Source: Macrostomum lignano
Taxonomy: Eukaryota
Reading direction: 5' to 3'
Assembly (NCBI GenBank): GCA_002269645.1
Contig: NIVC01002419.1
Span: forward strand, 43,718 to 91,239
DNA length: 47,522 nt
The notes below the pieces were generated by a model that ran no database searches, was not told the origin of the DNA, and saw only the letters and a program-made list of their open reading frames with translations. Made by a program: the position numbers and the translations under genes. Of this stretch, positions 23,001 to 35,693 are shown piece by piece. Position 1 is the first letter of the stretch. Each line of letters begins with the position of its first letter.

Positions 23001-24442
23001 CGGCCATCTTCACTGTCATTCCCGGCCATCTTCACTGTCATTCCCGGCCATCTTCACTGTCATTCCCGGCCATATTCACTGCCATTCCCGGCCATATTCA
23101 CTGTGGTCATTCCCGGCCATATTCACTGTCATTCCCGGCCATCTTCACTGCCATTCCCGGCCATATTCACTGTCATTCCCGGCCATATTCACTGTCATTC
23201 CCGGCCATATTCACTGTCATTCCCGGCCATCTTCACTGTCATTCCCGGCCATCTTCACTGTCATTCCCGGCCATATTCACTGTCATTCCCGGCCATCTTC
23301 ACTGTCATTCCCGGCCATATTCACTGTCATTCCCGGCCATATTCACTGTCATTCCCGGCCATCTTCACTGTCATTTCTGGCCATCTTCACTGTCATTCCC
23401 GGCCATATTCACTGTCATTCCCGGCCATATTCACTGTCATTCCCGGCCATCTTCACTGTCATTCCCGGCCATATTCACTGTCATTCCCGGCCATCTTCAC
23501 TGTCATTCCCGGCCATATTCACTGTCATTCCCGGCCATCTTCACTGTCATTCCCGGCCATCTTCACTGTCATTCCCGGCCATCTTCACTGTCAGATGCTG
23601 CTGTCGCAGCTATCAAAAGGTCAGTCTCTACTTTTCGTCATTCGCAGTCAGGCACATGTCTCTATCATGTCCCCCTTATTCCATTATTTATGCATGCAAC
23701 TTTATCACTGCATGTTGATTCTGTTTCACCTCTGTTGAGTCGCCCAAATTAAACGTTTCTCTTTCACGGCGTGTTTTGCCAACCTTCAATTGAACCGTCT
23801 TCACCAATATTGCTTAGGCACGCTGTTTCCACGTGCTGCTGTCGCGTAGTACAGCTTGCTTCTATTTTTGTCAAACACTTTGCACTTTTTATTAATCAAG
23901 ATCTGGCCTGTCTGACCTTCTTATCTGTTTTGGCGGTGTAAATGTTTTTCTTCTAAAAGTTTCTTTATCGCATCAATCAAACAGTTTCTTATTCAAGTGT
24001 TTTCTGTTTGCTCTTGTTTGGCTCGCAGTTCAAATTTTATTGCTTTTTGCCATTACCAAGTTTCTTTCATAAAAATTATTTTGCTGTTTTTGATTCTAAA
24101 ACTATTTTTCTAGAATTTTCCAACCAGTAAAATTTATCTTAGATTTTAAATATTTGCGATTCACCGCATGCACCACTTATCGCATTTTGCTGCTGTGATT
24201 GAGCGAATGATTCTTCTCGAATTCAATTGAATTCATCTTTATTATGTAGCTAGCACCTGTAGTGTCACCTCTTACTGACTCACTCCTGCACATGTCTGCG
24301 TCTGTCTGCCTGTGCCTGTCTGTCTGTCTGCCTGTCTGTCTGTCTGTCTGTCTGTCTTAATGTCTGCCTGTCTGTCTGTCTGTTTGCCTGTCTGTCTTAG
24401 TGTCTGTCTGTCTGTCTGTCTGTGCCTGTCTGTCTGTCTGCC

Positions 24443-24475
<33 letters not shown>

Positions 24476-24486
24476 TAATGTCTGCC

Positions 24487-24527
<41 letters not shown>

Positions 24528-24589
24528 GCCTGCCTGTCTGTCTTAGTGTCTGCCTGTCTGTCTGTCTGTCTGTCTGTCTGCCTGTCTGC

Positions 24590-24632
<43 letters not shown>

Positions 24633-24878
24633 CCCAGCCGTCTCCCTCTATACTTTCCCCACTCACCGCCGCCCCAGCCAAAGCAGACGATGAAGTCTCA
24701 CTGCGGCCTCCCTCACAAATCTCGCACACAGCCGCAGGCCTCAGCTTCGGTGGGCAGCAGCCGCGCAGACCGGGAGCAGCGGCTGGCCTGGGAGCGGGGC
24801 GAGGCGGACTACCGGGGCCGGGACGGCTTCGACGCGGTCCTGGACCGGCTCAGACAGTTCGTGGACGGCCTGGACTGA
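14008..24878 (+). CDS. GYG1: Glycogenin (GT8) with very long linker and C-terminal glycogen-synthase-binding motif
   Basis: Exons 14008-14147, 15082-15463, 17072-17365, ~20400-21458 (acceptor uncertain; 20266 or 20308 are alternatives), 24678-24878; ~691 aa. Motifs: [25 protein letters not shown] (DxD), [41 protein letters not shown] (acceptor Tyr), KVVHFAG..KPW, and C-terminal [22 protein letters not shown]. The symbol denotes the family, not proven 1:1 orthology. Confidence 0.9.
14398..14900 (+). repeat. 21-bp minisatellite (glycogenin intron 1)
   Basis: ATGTGTGTCAGGGATGCTCAA units with variants. Confidence 0.95.
15496..17000 (+). repeat. 24-bp minisatellite (glycogenin intron 2)
   Basis: AATCTCCCCTGAGAATCGCTCGTT grading into AATCTCCCCTAAGAATCGCCCATC. 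Confidence 0.96.
17585..18700 (+). repeat. ~29-33-bp C-rich minisatellite (glycogenin intron 3)
   Basis: GGTGCTTTAGCAGGCCGCC + C-rich spacer. Confidence 0.96.
19095..20124 (+). repeat. 43/44-bp minisatellite (glycogenin intron 3)
   Basis: ATTGCAGCCCGTGTCCACAGTGCTCCCAGGTGTTTATTGGCTTT and a 43-bp GCCCTCAGGTGGAATTGG variant. Confidence 0.96.
21953..22075 (+). repeat. 18-bp tandem repeat (x5) ending in a 23-bp-stem hairpin
   Basis: CTGATTGGCTCCCCCTCG units; inverted arms 22025-22047 and 22053-22075 with one mismatch. Confidence 0.9.
22962..23592 (+). repeat. 22-bp minisatellite (glycogenin intron 4)
   Basis: CACTGTCATTCCCGGCCAT(A/C)TT x ~28. Confidence 0.96.
24294..24633 (+). repeat. (GTCT)n microsatellite
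   Basis: Imperfect GTCT run just before the last glycogenin exon. Confidence 0.97.
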
Positions 24879-26844
24879 GTAGCCAAAGCAGCCGTGACTG
24901 AAAGTTAGGGTTTTTATCAAGAGAAAATCAGGTGTTGTCAATTTGCTCGTATTCCCCACCGCGCCTGTGCCGTTTTTCAGAAATTTCCCTGCTTTTTACT
25001 GCAGGCAATTTTTTTATTACTATTTTAATTTTGCCGATATGTATCGAAGAATACTGCTTAGGTCATTATTTACTTATAAAGTTATAAGAATGCATATTGA
25101 AGTTGTTTCTGTTTGTAGTCCCATCCAGTGCACTTTGCGCATATGTTACCTGAGCATTATAGAGTAGACTAGAGCAGACAGTATCTGAGTGACTGTCTAT
25201 TGATATTTGTCGCAGAATTAGTTTTCCAATGCATTACCAAGGACTACTCCTGCAGAAGCACAGGAAAAATATGTTTATTTGAAAATACCAGTATGTATTG
25301 CAGACCCAATAGTACAGGACGTATGTAGGTTATGAAATTAACATAGACCTACTCATTTTCTGACCAAATAGCTCTATGAATATCAATAGAGCTATAGAAA
25401 AGGCAAAACATATCAAAAGGTGAACAACTGGCTATGCCTCCAAAGAATGAAAATCTCCTATCTCCGTAATGTCTTTTTGGTATAACCTTTGGTCCCGTAT
25501 TTCTTGATTAGTCCCTGGTAATACATGTATAGCAATACACACAGGTCACCCGCCCTTTCTGTCGAGCAATGTATCTGTGCTAAATTTAGTATATTTAGAT
25601 ATAAGAGTTTTGTGCCCAATTTTTAGTATTTATCTTTTTCTTCTCTGTAAACCTCGTATTTTTGTTTTCAAAATTTTTGCTATGAGGTCAGATTTAGTAA
25701 TTAAACAAGCATACAAACCTTAGGGATTTATTATATTTGGAAAATATCTGTTTCTTAATTCTCTACTTTCAGTAACATCTTTAGTATTTTTTAGAATTTT
25801 CTAAACTCCTAAATCGTTGCAAAAGTATTTCGCCCTTTTTGTCCATGATTCCCGTTATCTGTTACTCATTTTTCGCAGATTCGAGTAGTCTAATTAGAAT
25901 TTTTTAGTTTTTTTAGTTTATCTGCAAATTGCTCAATCCATGCGGACACGTGAATGTGCAATATTTTAGTCTGTTAGCAATTGTCGCGCTCAAAACATTA
26001 TTTTAGTGATTATTCAAATTTACTTTGTTATCATTATCACCGTTAATTAAGCTTGTAGTGGTTTGCTTAGCATCCAGCGTCACTTGATGAAGTTGCCTTA
26101 TGCGCAGTGTTCTAATGGAGCTGCTGTGTGAGACAGTCAGTCACATCTGGCTTCATAAATAAAAAATAAATTTAAAATGCAAGATCACTCATTCATTCCA
26201 ATTAATTTAAGTCCTCCGTCTGTCTGTCTTTGTTTTCTAAAATATTCCACATCTAATGAACTTCTTTAGAGGCATTGGTTCCGACTTCGAGTTCGTATGC
26301 AAATGCAATTCCAACTCATACAGAAATGCCTGGACAGCCGCAAAAGTGCATCGCCAATCTTGTGTTCAATCCAGTCTAAGGAGCTTCTATTTGGAGGCAG
26401 GCAGACAGTCTATCAGGCTGCCATCAGCCATCGAATGCTGATTAATTCACTTAGTGTGCCTCTGTGCACTATTGCAAAGTGCAGGCGCACTAATGCCCCC
26501 GCCTGTCCGCCATTAATCGAGATACTCTTAGACAGAAAACATGGGGATTTGGGTGGGGCGACGCGATGTGAACTTCTGCAGTTTGAACGCGGACTGGGGG
26601 AGGAGGGTAAACCAATCGTTTCGGATTTTGAACTGAAGAGATAAAGTGGTCTGGGACACGCAGCACTGAACACGTGGGTTTGACGGCCTGTTTACAGACT
26701 ACACCTCACTGTGGCTTATTGCCATTCCCTTCCTAACCATAACTCTACCAGGTACTATGCATGCGCGATATAAGCTAGTTAATTAAATTGATACGAATGT
26801 GTTTGAGACAAGAGTTTTAGGAGTTCTGAAACTCTTAAAGGGAA

Positions 26845-26995
26845 GGGGTAGGGAAGAGGGGTATGGAAGGGGAAGAGGGTATGGAAGGGGAAAAGGGTAT
26901 GGAAGGGGAAGAGGGTATGGAAGGGGAAGAGGGTATGGAAGGGGAAGAGGGGTATGTAAGGGGAAGAAGGTATGGAAGGGGAAGAGGGGTATGGA
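26845..26995 (+). repeat. 18-bp purine-rich minisatellite
   Basis: GGTATGGAAGGGGAAGAG x ~8. Confidence 0.9.
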
Positions 26996-27764
26996 AAAAG
27001 GAAGGGAAAGGGGGAGAGAAGAAAAGAAGATTAAAGGACAGAAGGGAACAGGAAGAGGTGGAGAAGTGGGAAGAAGGATCAAGGACAAATGGGTAGGCGG
27101 AGATCAGTGAGGAGAAAGACTACATGTAGCTCGTAATAAAAGGGATAAAGGATACTAGATCATTATATGCATTGAGAGGTGATATAGAATGTTGAATGTA
27201 ATGTAAAATATGCATATGCAACAAAGAAAATAAGAAAGTAAAAATATATACATATAAAAATAATTAGAGTGAAAGTGGCCCTTTACAACAATCCTTTATT
27301 TACTGATAGAAAATCGTGAAGATAGACAGTAGACTTCAATATTAGATTCGCTGGGGGGATTTCATAACCGCTGTAAATGCAAAAAAGGCTTTAGTGCAAT
27401 GTAGTGCAGTCTGCATGGGCAATTGCATTGGTGCGCGTGCACTATTATATGGGGGTATTAGTGCAGCTCCACTCTAGCCCAGTCAACACAAAAGATCCTG
27501 TTTGGCTGAGGCCAGCTGCTGTTTAAATTGGCAGGCAGACTCTGAGCCAGCCTTGTCCAGTAAAAGTGCATGAATAAACTTCTGCTTCCAGAGGAAGACA
27601 CCGTGACTGCAGTAAATATATTATTGGCCTCGATTCTTGGCAAAAATTATGAATGCTTGCCTAAATGAAGTCTGCGACTGACTACCATACCCTATTTATC
27701 AGTTTGTGTCTTTTTCTCTGAACTGTGTTTGCATTCTTGATGGCATGGTTGGTGTATGGTGTCT

Positions 27765-28010
27765 ATCCATGCTTGTCTGTTCTGTGCCTGCACTTTTGGC
27801 TTATCTGTGTCCATCTATGCTTGTCTGTTCTGTGCCTGCACTTTTGGCTTATCTGTGTCCATCCATGCTTGTCTGTTCTGTGCCTGCACTTTTGGCTTAT
27901 CTGTGTCCATCCATGCTTGTCTGTTCTGTGCCTGCACTTTTGGCTTATCTGTGTCCATCTATGCTTGACTGTTCTGTGCCTGCACTTTTGGCTTATCTGT
28001 GTCCATCTGT
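27765..28010 (+). repeat. 48-bp minisatellite
   Basis: CCATCCATGCTTGTCTGTTCTGTGCCTGCACTTTTGGCTTATCTGTGT x ~5. Confidence 0.93.
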
Positions 28011-28019
28011 TCTACAAGT

Positions 28020-28892
28020 TCACATTGGTTTGTGTCTGCATGCCTGTTCATTGGTTTGTGTCTGAAATGCCTGTTTATTGGTTTGTGTCTGCATGCCTGT
28101 CCATTGGTTTGTGTCTGAAATACCTGTCCATTGGTTTGTGTCTGCATGCCTGTCCATTGGTTTGTGTCTGATATGCCTGTTTATTGGTTTGTGTCTTATA
28201 TGCCTGTTTATTGGTTTGTGTCTGAAATGCCTGTCCATTGGTTTGTGTCTGATATGCCTGTTTATTGGTTTGTGTCTGAAATACCTGTCCATTGGTTTGT
28301 GTCTTATATGCCTGTTTATTGGTTTGTGTCTGAAATGCCTGTCCATTGGTTTGTGTCTTATATGCCTGTTTATTGGTTTGTGTCTGAAATGCCTGTCCAT
28401 TGGTTTGTGTCTTATATGCCTGTTTATTGGTTTGTGTCTGAAATGCCTGTCCGTTGGTTTGTGTCTTATATGCCTGTTTATTGGTTTGTGTCTGAAATGC
28501 CTGTCCGTTGGTTTGTGTCTTATATGCCTGTTTATTGGTTTGTGTCTTATATGCCTGTTTATTGGTTTGTGTCTGAAATGCCTGTCCATTGGTTTGTGTC
28601 TTATATGCCTGTTTATTGGTTTGTGTCTGAAATGCCTGTCTGGTTTGTTCTTATATGCCTGTTTATTGGTTTGTGTCTGAAATGCCTGTCCATTGGTTTG
28701 TGTCTTATATGCCTGTTTATTGGTTTGTGTCTGAAATGCCTGTCCGTTGGTTTGTGTCTTATATGCCTGTTTATTGTTTGTGTCTGAAATGCCTGTCCGT
28801 TGGTTTGTGTCTTATATGCCTGTTTATTGGTTTGTGTCTGAAATGCCTGTCCATTGGTTTGTGTCTGAAATGCCTGTCCATTGGTTTGTGTC
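28020..28892 (+). repeat. 27-bp minisatellite with alternating variants
   Basis: TGCCTGTCCATTGGTTTGTGTCTGAAA-type and TGCCTGTTTATTGGTTTGTGTCTTATA-type units. Confidence 0.95.
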
Positions 28893-30090
28893 CACCCTGC
28901 TCTTTGCGTCATTCACTGAAGAAAAGCACAGACCAACAAAGAAGCTGGTTATTTCTGTAATACTAAAAGCAGAGTGTATCACTATTAACGGAAATATTTA
29001 TTTAGTCACATAGAAAATGAGCTGCAGAAAAACTTTCACTGGGCTTGGCAGCGATAACTCCATTTCTCGGTCTCATTCAGCAAGTGTAGGAGCAGTGAGA
29101 AGATTAGTGCAAAAATACAGCGACAGACAGAAGCAAGCAAATCTCGGGCAGACAGGCAGCCGGACACACAACACTCAGCGGCAATGGCATGTACACAGGA
29201 AAGATCGAGCGTGTTAGGGTGGCTTTTGTAACAAAATCAGATTGCACACAAAGAAAAGCTGCACATGAAAACAAAAATTAACGCAGGCAAAGGTAAACGT
29301 GTGATTGATTGATGGCTGATCGAGTCAGTGTTGTGACAGGTTGATCTCCGAGAAATATGTTGATAGTTAAGAAAACAATATATATATATATGAACAACTT
29401 AGCACTGAGTTAAACAAAATACAGATTAGATTGACCTGCTCACAGCGAACTGTTGCAGGTGAAATTTGTTCATTATTAAATGCACATTAAACTTTTTTAA
29501 TCAGCAAGCATATTGGGCTGACCTTGAATATAAAAAAATAAATGTAATTTTGAATAAATACAAAGACTTGGAAAAGCATATTAAGCAAGAGAAGGGCATT
29601 TATACTCACAAAATAGTAATAATAATGATAATAGTAATACACATCGGTAAAAACGATAGCAAAGACTCGAAAAAGCAGGACAACGGATGCCGTTGCGTAT
29701 GCAGAAATTCAAGCAAACAAGCAAATCAGTCGAAACCGGGTTCGACAGAGCGTGTGAAAAAAACAAAGACCAGTCAGTCTGTACCGGAGTGTGCGATGGG
29801 TGCTATGTACACAGCTCACAATGGGCAAATGGATGACTCTTTGCTACGAAATGATAAATAACAAAAACAACAACAACATACCGGTTGCTAAGGAAGCTTG
29901 TTGCTATGCTGAAAGCGTTCAAAATGTGTTTGCTCAAATTCTGACTCTCTTTCTCAGACAGACAGACTAGCTTAAAAAGAGTGCCAGAGAGAAAAAATGA
30001 AATTAATCAGAAAGCCGATGTCGCTAGGAAGAGATTCTGGGATAAACTAGATAACAATTGGGGCAAGCGATTAGTTCAAGGCTGCATTCA

Positions 30091-33000
30091 TCAGGCAGCG
30101 AACAGCTGGTAGATGTCCAGCAGACCTTGCACCTGGTCGCTGTCGTCTTCGTCAGCCCGGCCCGGCCGCTCCTCGCAGATGGTGCCCAAGGCTGGGCAGC
30201 CGGGAGAGTCTGGGAGGCAAGTCACCTGATGTTGCTGTTTTTGCGGCTGCCGCTGCTTTTGCAGCTTCTGTATCTTGGCGCGCAGGCTGTGCGCAGCGGA
30301 CCAGGTGCAGGCGGTCAGCAGTTGCCGCTGCGGCGGAGACCGCCTGCCCCGGCGACTGCAAACCCGCTGCGTCTCCCTGGCGATTAAGGCGTCGCAAGAG
30401 GCCAGGTCTGCCTGACTCAGCTGCATCAGGGGAGGCAGTGGGGTGGCAGTGAGTTTCCTGTGCATGACTTGGTTAAAGCAAATAGCAGCAAGCGGAGAAT
30501 AGCCGCAGAGCACACACAGAGGAAGAGAATAGCCGCAGAGCACACACAGAGTAAGAGAATAGCCGCAGAGCACACACAGAGTAAGAGAATAGCCGCAGAG
30601 CACACACAGAGTAAGAGAATAGCCGCAGAGCACACACAGAGTAAGAGAATAGCCGCAGAGCACACACAGAGTAAGAGAATAGCCGCAGAGCACACACAGA
30701 GTAAGAGAATAGCCGCAGAGCACACACAGAGTAAGAGAATAGCCGCAGAGCACACAGAGTAAGAGAATAGCCGCAGAGCACACAGGCCCTCACCTGCATG
30801 AGCTGGGCAGCTGCATCAAGCACAGCCTGCATGGAGCAGCCGTGAGCGGCGCCGACAGCATCTGAAGCCAGAAGGTGCCGCCGAGCTACGCACAGCGCCA
30901 GCAGCGCGGGCCTGCAGCTGTAGATGGTCACCGAGCACAGGGCAGTCTCCAGGTCGCCGACTGCCCGCTGAAACTGCTCCCTACTGTTGAACAGGGGCGC
31001 CAGCAGAGACAGGAAGTGCAGCGGAGTGATGGCGTTCTCCAGCCGGCCGGCCTCCTGCTGCTGCTGCGGCTTCTCGATGCCGGCTGGGTCGCAGGCGGCA
31101 GTCGGGCGCAGCTTCACCCGAATGATGGCCGCCATGCGCTCCAGGTCAGTGGGCGAGCCGCCGCACCGGGCGATGCGGACCAGTTTCTCTGGCGAGGGCT
31201 GGTTCTGGGGATGGGATTGATGGGTTACTTTGGACTGACAGCTGTTTGGGTAACAATTGGCTTCCTACCTACGGCACTGAGAAGGAGTGGGGTGTTCGAT
31301 TCAGGTAATATAGCTGTAACGGTGTCTGATGTAGGTATGTCAGGGTGTCTGATGTAGGTATGTCAGGGTGTCTGATGTTGGTATGTCAGGATGTCTGATG
31401 TAGGTATGTCAGGGTGTCTGATGTAGGTATGTCAGGGTGTCTTATGTAGGTATGTCAGGGTGTCTGATGTAGTTATGTCAGGGTGTCTGATGTTGGTATG
31501 TCAGGATGTCTGATGTAGTTATGTCAGGTGTCTGATGTAGGTATGTCAGGTGTCTGATGTAGGTATCTCAGGTGTCTGATGTAGGTATCTCAGGGTGTCT
31601 GATGTAGGTATCTCAGGGTGTCTGATGTAGGTATCTCAGGGTGTCTGATGTAGGTATCTCAGGGTGTCTGATGTAGGTATCTCAGGGTGTCTGATGTAGG
31701 TATGTCAGAGTGTCTGATGTAGGTATGTCAGAGTGTCTGATGTAGGTATGTCGGAGTGTCTAATCATGAAAGAATGTCAGTGATACTCAGTGAAGTACAA
31801 GTCTACATGCATGCCAGCGGTTGCCTAATTTAGGTACAAGTCGTACATGTAGGTGCATGGACAGCACTGGCTAGAAATCTCTAATAAAAATTACAATTCG
31901 TCAATCCTGACAAGGTCACCAAGGTCACAGTCAGATTTCTAAAGCTCACCTCGGGCTCCTCGATCATCCTGGCCGCGATCAGGTAGGCCGCGGTTGCCAG
32001 GCAAGACATGTACTTGGCTTTAACCTTGACCCTGGCCAAAAATCTATCGGTAATGTTGACAGCGTGGGCGAAGCACTCAGGAGCCAGGTTGTGAAGTTTG
32101 TGCAGGAAACGAAGGCTGAACATGGCCTCGTCGCGTAGGCCGGCGTTCACCTTGTCGTCGCCGCAGACCTTCAGGTGAAAATGTTGAATTGTCTTATTAG
32201 CATTTTTCAACAAAAATAATGGCAAAATTCGCGCTTAGCCTACTGACAGTAGCTGCATAGCAAATTTTGAAAGTACTTCCCCTCAAAACAGAAACAAATT
32301 AATTTTTTATAATCGAATGTTAATCGTTTTTTTACAAAGATTTATGACGTCGTGCGGTTTGTCTAAGAGTTATTTGAAGCGATACATTTGTTTATATTCA
32401 TACTATAACTGATTAAGTAACGAAAGAACAAAATGATACACAATATCGTTCATTTGAAAATTTTGAATACATGTAGACATACATGCGCAACACCCAGCCG
32501 ATCCGGCCAATCCGGCCGGCTGGCAAGGGGCCCAGGTAAGGTAACTGGCAATGTAAGTCGCAAAAATGCCCACCAGAAAAAAGACAAGGCACTAGTTAGC
32601 TGACGAGGCATTTAGCCTTAATAAGACAGTTAGAGTTACTACTGCCGTTTACCCAGAGTTACCCAGACCCCCTTGACCTCCCCCCCCCCCTCGGGGGCTA
32701 AGCCACCGAATGCACTGGACCCCACTGATCTCACCGTATTATTCAGCAGGCAATCTGTTCTCGGATGGTACACCATCTCGGCATCCAGCAGTCGATAGAT
32801 GCCCTCTTCGAGGCCGTCGGGCAGCAGAGACCGAGGCGGCGGCGGTGGCGGCGGGGAAACCTGCTGAAGCTGCGTCACGGAATGGACTTCGGTCTGCAGA
32901 GTTAAATAGTTAAAATTTGGTCTTTGGTACTTTGGTACTTTCTTTGGACATTTATCATTGAATTAATCACTACTAGATTTTAATCAGTTGACAAACTCAC

Positions 33001-33147
33001 CTGCTCTCGAATCTGCACCTTGTTGCTAATGTTGCTATTATTAATATTGGCCAGTTCCTCGCTTGAAGCAGAGTAACTGCCACTGTAAGAGAATTTCTTG
33101 CTGCTCTTTCTGCGTTTTCTACGACTGTCGGACATGTTGTGTACCAT
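30091..33147 (-). CDS. CCNG: Cyclin G (cyclin G/I family)
   Basis: Phase-0 exons on minus strand: 33001-33147, 32735-32893, 31950-32168, 30794-31204, 30091-30420; 421 aa. Cyclin box LRDEAMFSLRFLHKLHNLAPECFAHAVNITDRFLARVKVKAKYMSCLATAAYLIAARMIEE resembles cyclin G2/I; C-terminal PALGTICEE resembles the LPTIxE motif; N-terminal basic NLS-like SRRKRRKSSKK. Confidence 0.88.
30492..30784 (+). repeat. 30-bp minisatellite (cyclin G intron 4)
   Basis: AGAGAATAGCCGCAGAGCACACACAGAGTA x ~10. Confidence 0.96.
31322..31762 (+). repeat. 23-bp minisatellite (cyclin G intron 3)
   Basis: GTGTCTGATGTAGGTATGTCAGG units. Confidence 0.96.
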
Positions 33148-33459
33148 AATTCAGATTCCGAGTATGTCTAATTAAATATAATCGTTTATTGAATTCAAGC
33201 TAGCACTGTATTAAATAAAGGCTTGAGCTACAAGTAAACAAAATAATAGTGCAAAGGCGACAGTCAAATCTTTACAAACTAAATACAAAGAGAAGCGTAA
33301 AAAGCGTAATAATGACCAGCTATATCGTAAAACTAAAATAAATTATGATAAGATCTTAAAAAGGTTAATCTAGGGACTTAAACTATTAGCGGAATGGACC
33401 GTTTGGGTAATAAACTTGCAAGCAGTCCTACATTCAATAAAATGAGAGCCCTCGCGCTC

Positions 33460-33537
33460 TTTATAGATAGATCCAGACCCCCCGAACCCCTCAAAATCGC
33501 TCTAGGGGCGGGGTGGCTGTCTCTCCCTGTGCCCAAT
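33460..33537 (-). promoter_or_regulatory. Candidate core promoter of cyclin G (TATA, GC box, CCAAT)
   Basis: TATAAA on the minus strand at 33460-33465, GGGGCGGGG at ~33505-33513, CCAAT at 33533-33537, ~310 bp upstream of the ATG in canonical order; TSS not verified. Confidence 0.4.
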
Positions 33538-34501
33538 CAACGGCCACCCTCTCTCTAACAGCCGTCCCCCTTATCTATCCAAGTTCTCCGCAGCGTGGGG
33601 AGTGGGGTGGGCTTTACGCTCTCGCAATTAACCCAGCCCCCTCTTCTCTTTCAGTACAGTGTGCGGGGTTGGCTGTTTTCAGAGTCAGCTGACCGGTTCG
33701 TCAACCCCCTTCCTCTTCCACAGCACAGGGCGCCATGGGCGATCTCGCAAGGCGAACCTGCTATTATTGAAAAGGCCTGGTAGAGAGAGAGAGAAAATGG
33801 AGGGGCGGTCGCAAAACAGCTGATTTTACTAACTTGGTGAAGCGCTTACTTCATTCTTTTTGTCATTCTAATCTTGGGAGTTGTTTTTTTCTTCTTTACC
33901 TTTCGCCTCCGAACCGCTCACGTCCTTTTCCCAACGCTGAACTGAAGGTTCATGCATATGACATGTCCTTATTTTTCCACCAACCAACCAACCAACCAGA
34001 GAGTACTCTCAAGGCCACGGTTTATTCCGCGTCCTTCCATTCACAATGGCAAGCAGTTGCTCAACCTTCCGATGACCTGCCAATAGTTTTTTGATTTTTC
34101 CAAATAGCCTGTTTTTCTCTTGTTCTGACTCAGTTTTGAGTAAATTTGCACCGATTAAACTCACTGCACTGCTTGGTATGCATATAATTACGGAAATATT
34201 TATGTAGGAAAGGAGAAAAATTCCGTTTATTTTTAACTTTTTTATAAGATTTTTTTTCCGCATTCAAATTCAGATCCCACTGAACAGCAACCAAAACTGA
34301 TACAAATCACTCACCCCATTCAGTCCCGGGGCGGAAATTTCTATCCCAATCCCAATGCGATCAGCTGATAATTCCAATCCATGAAGAATATAGATCTCAA
34401 GAATTGAAATCCCAAATCCCAATTCAGATCCCAGTGTCCACGCATCGCAATTTTAGTTGTCAATCCAATTCAGATCTTGCATAATTAAAGTTTAGATCCC
34501 A

Positions 34502-34830
34502 CATACCAGTTCAGATCCCCCTCCCAGTTTAGATCTCCTCAAATCTTAGTTTAGATCCCACATTTCAGTTTAGATCCCACATTTCAGTTTAGATCCCACA
34601 TTTCAGTTTAGATCCCACATTTCAGTTTAGATCCCACATTTCAGTTTAGATCCCACATTTCAGTTTAGATCCCACATTTCAGTTTAGATCCCACATTTCA
34701 GTTTAGATCCACTCACATCCCAGTTTAGATCCCAATTTAGATCCCCTCACATCCCAGTTTAGATCCCCTCACATCCCAGTTTAGATCCCCTCACATCCCA
34801 GCTTAGATCTCCTCACATCCCAGTTTAGAT
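34502..34830 (+). repeat. 19/22-bp minisatellite
   Basis: CAGTTTAGATCCCACATTT changing to CAGTTTAGATCCCCTCACATCC. Confidence 0.93.
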
Positions 34831-35693
34831 CGTCAAGACTGCTCGGCACGCTCCCGTCATTATACATTGTATAATTTTCATTCACATCAGGCCTGCAAGC
34901 TTTCGCGTGTATCGAACATCATTAATTAGTGGTGGAGGGCAGTGCAAGGGCAAAGACAGTCTCCCGGGAGAAACAGCATAATTAGGATTTTGCTCGAAAC
35001 GCGAAAGCGATTGATGCGGGCTCGCAAAGGAGAAAGGGGGGGAGATGGGAAACTATAGGGTCTAAGATGAAAGAGCAGTCAGGCGAGTGAAAGGGGAATA
35101 ATCGGGAGTTAGCCCCGCGGGCCTGAGGGAGGCTAAAAACGGGATTTAGAAGGGATGAACTGCAGGCGCGCTGCCTCAGATGTTCGATCCCCCCCCCAGC
35201 CCCGGGGGAGAAAACACCATGCAGAGAGCTCAGTGGGGGGGCATTGGTGACAGCAAGATCGGATTCAGAAGAAAGAGCTCTTAAAGCTTCTAGAGAATTG
35301 AGGCGACTCCGGAGATGGGAAGAGGATGGATGGAATATTTGCAGTGAGGTGTGCATTAGACGGCACTAGGAGACAGTCAGTTTGAGCTGGGAGGCCGTGC
35401 ATAGCGTGACTCACTTATCGTATCCGGTATGGATAGAGTAGAAAGAAAGATTTTGACAGAACGAGTTGGAGACAGAAATGACGAAGAAAGACATAGGAGT
35501 AAAAAGACTGAAGGTAAACTGAAGAGAGCGGGTCTTGAGTGATGCCTCGGGCAGATGTTGCTACGGCCAAACCAGCAGTGAGCAGTGCTGTTGAGTTGAG
35601 TCCCGCTCAACCCAACTCCCTTCCCCAATCCCTCTTCTAATTCATCATCTTTGCTCCATCGGACTGGCTTGGCTGAATTGACCGAACAAAGAC

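Noticed and set aside
22855-23738. His/Cys-rich ORFs (HCHSRP)n
   Set aside because: 22-bp intronic repeat read in rotating frames.
26256-26673. Short ORFs with a possible CxC..H..C zinc finger
   Set aside because: No convincing splice structure or recognisable domain.
30421-30793. AG-free repeat on the sense strand suggesting selection against cryptic acceptors
   Set aside because: Other intronic arrays here contain many sense-strand AGs, so there is no general rule.
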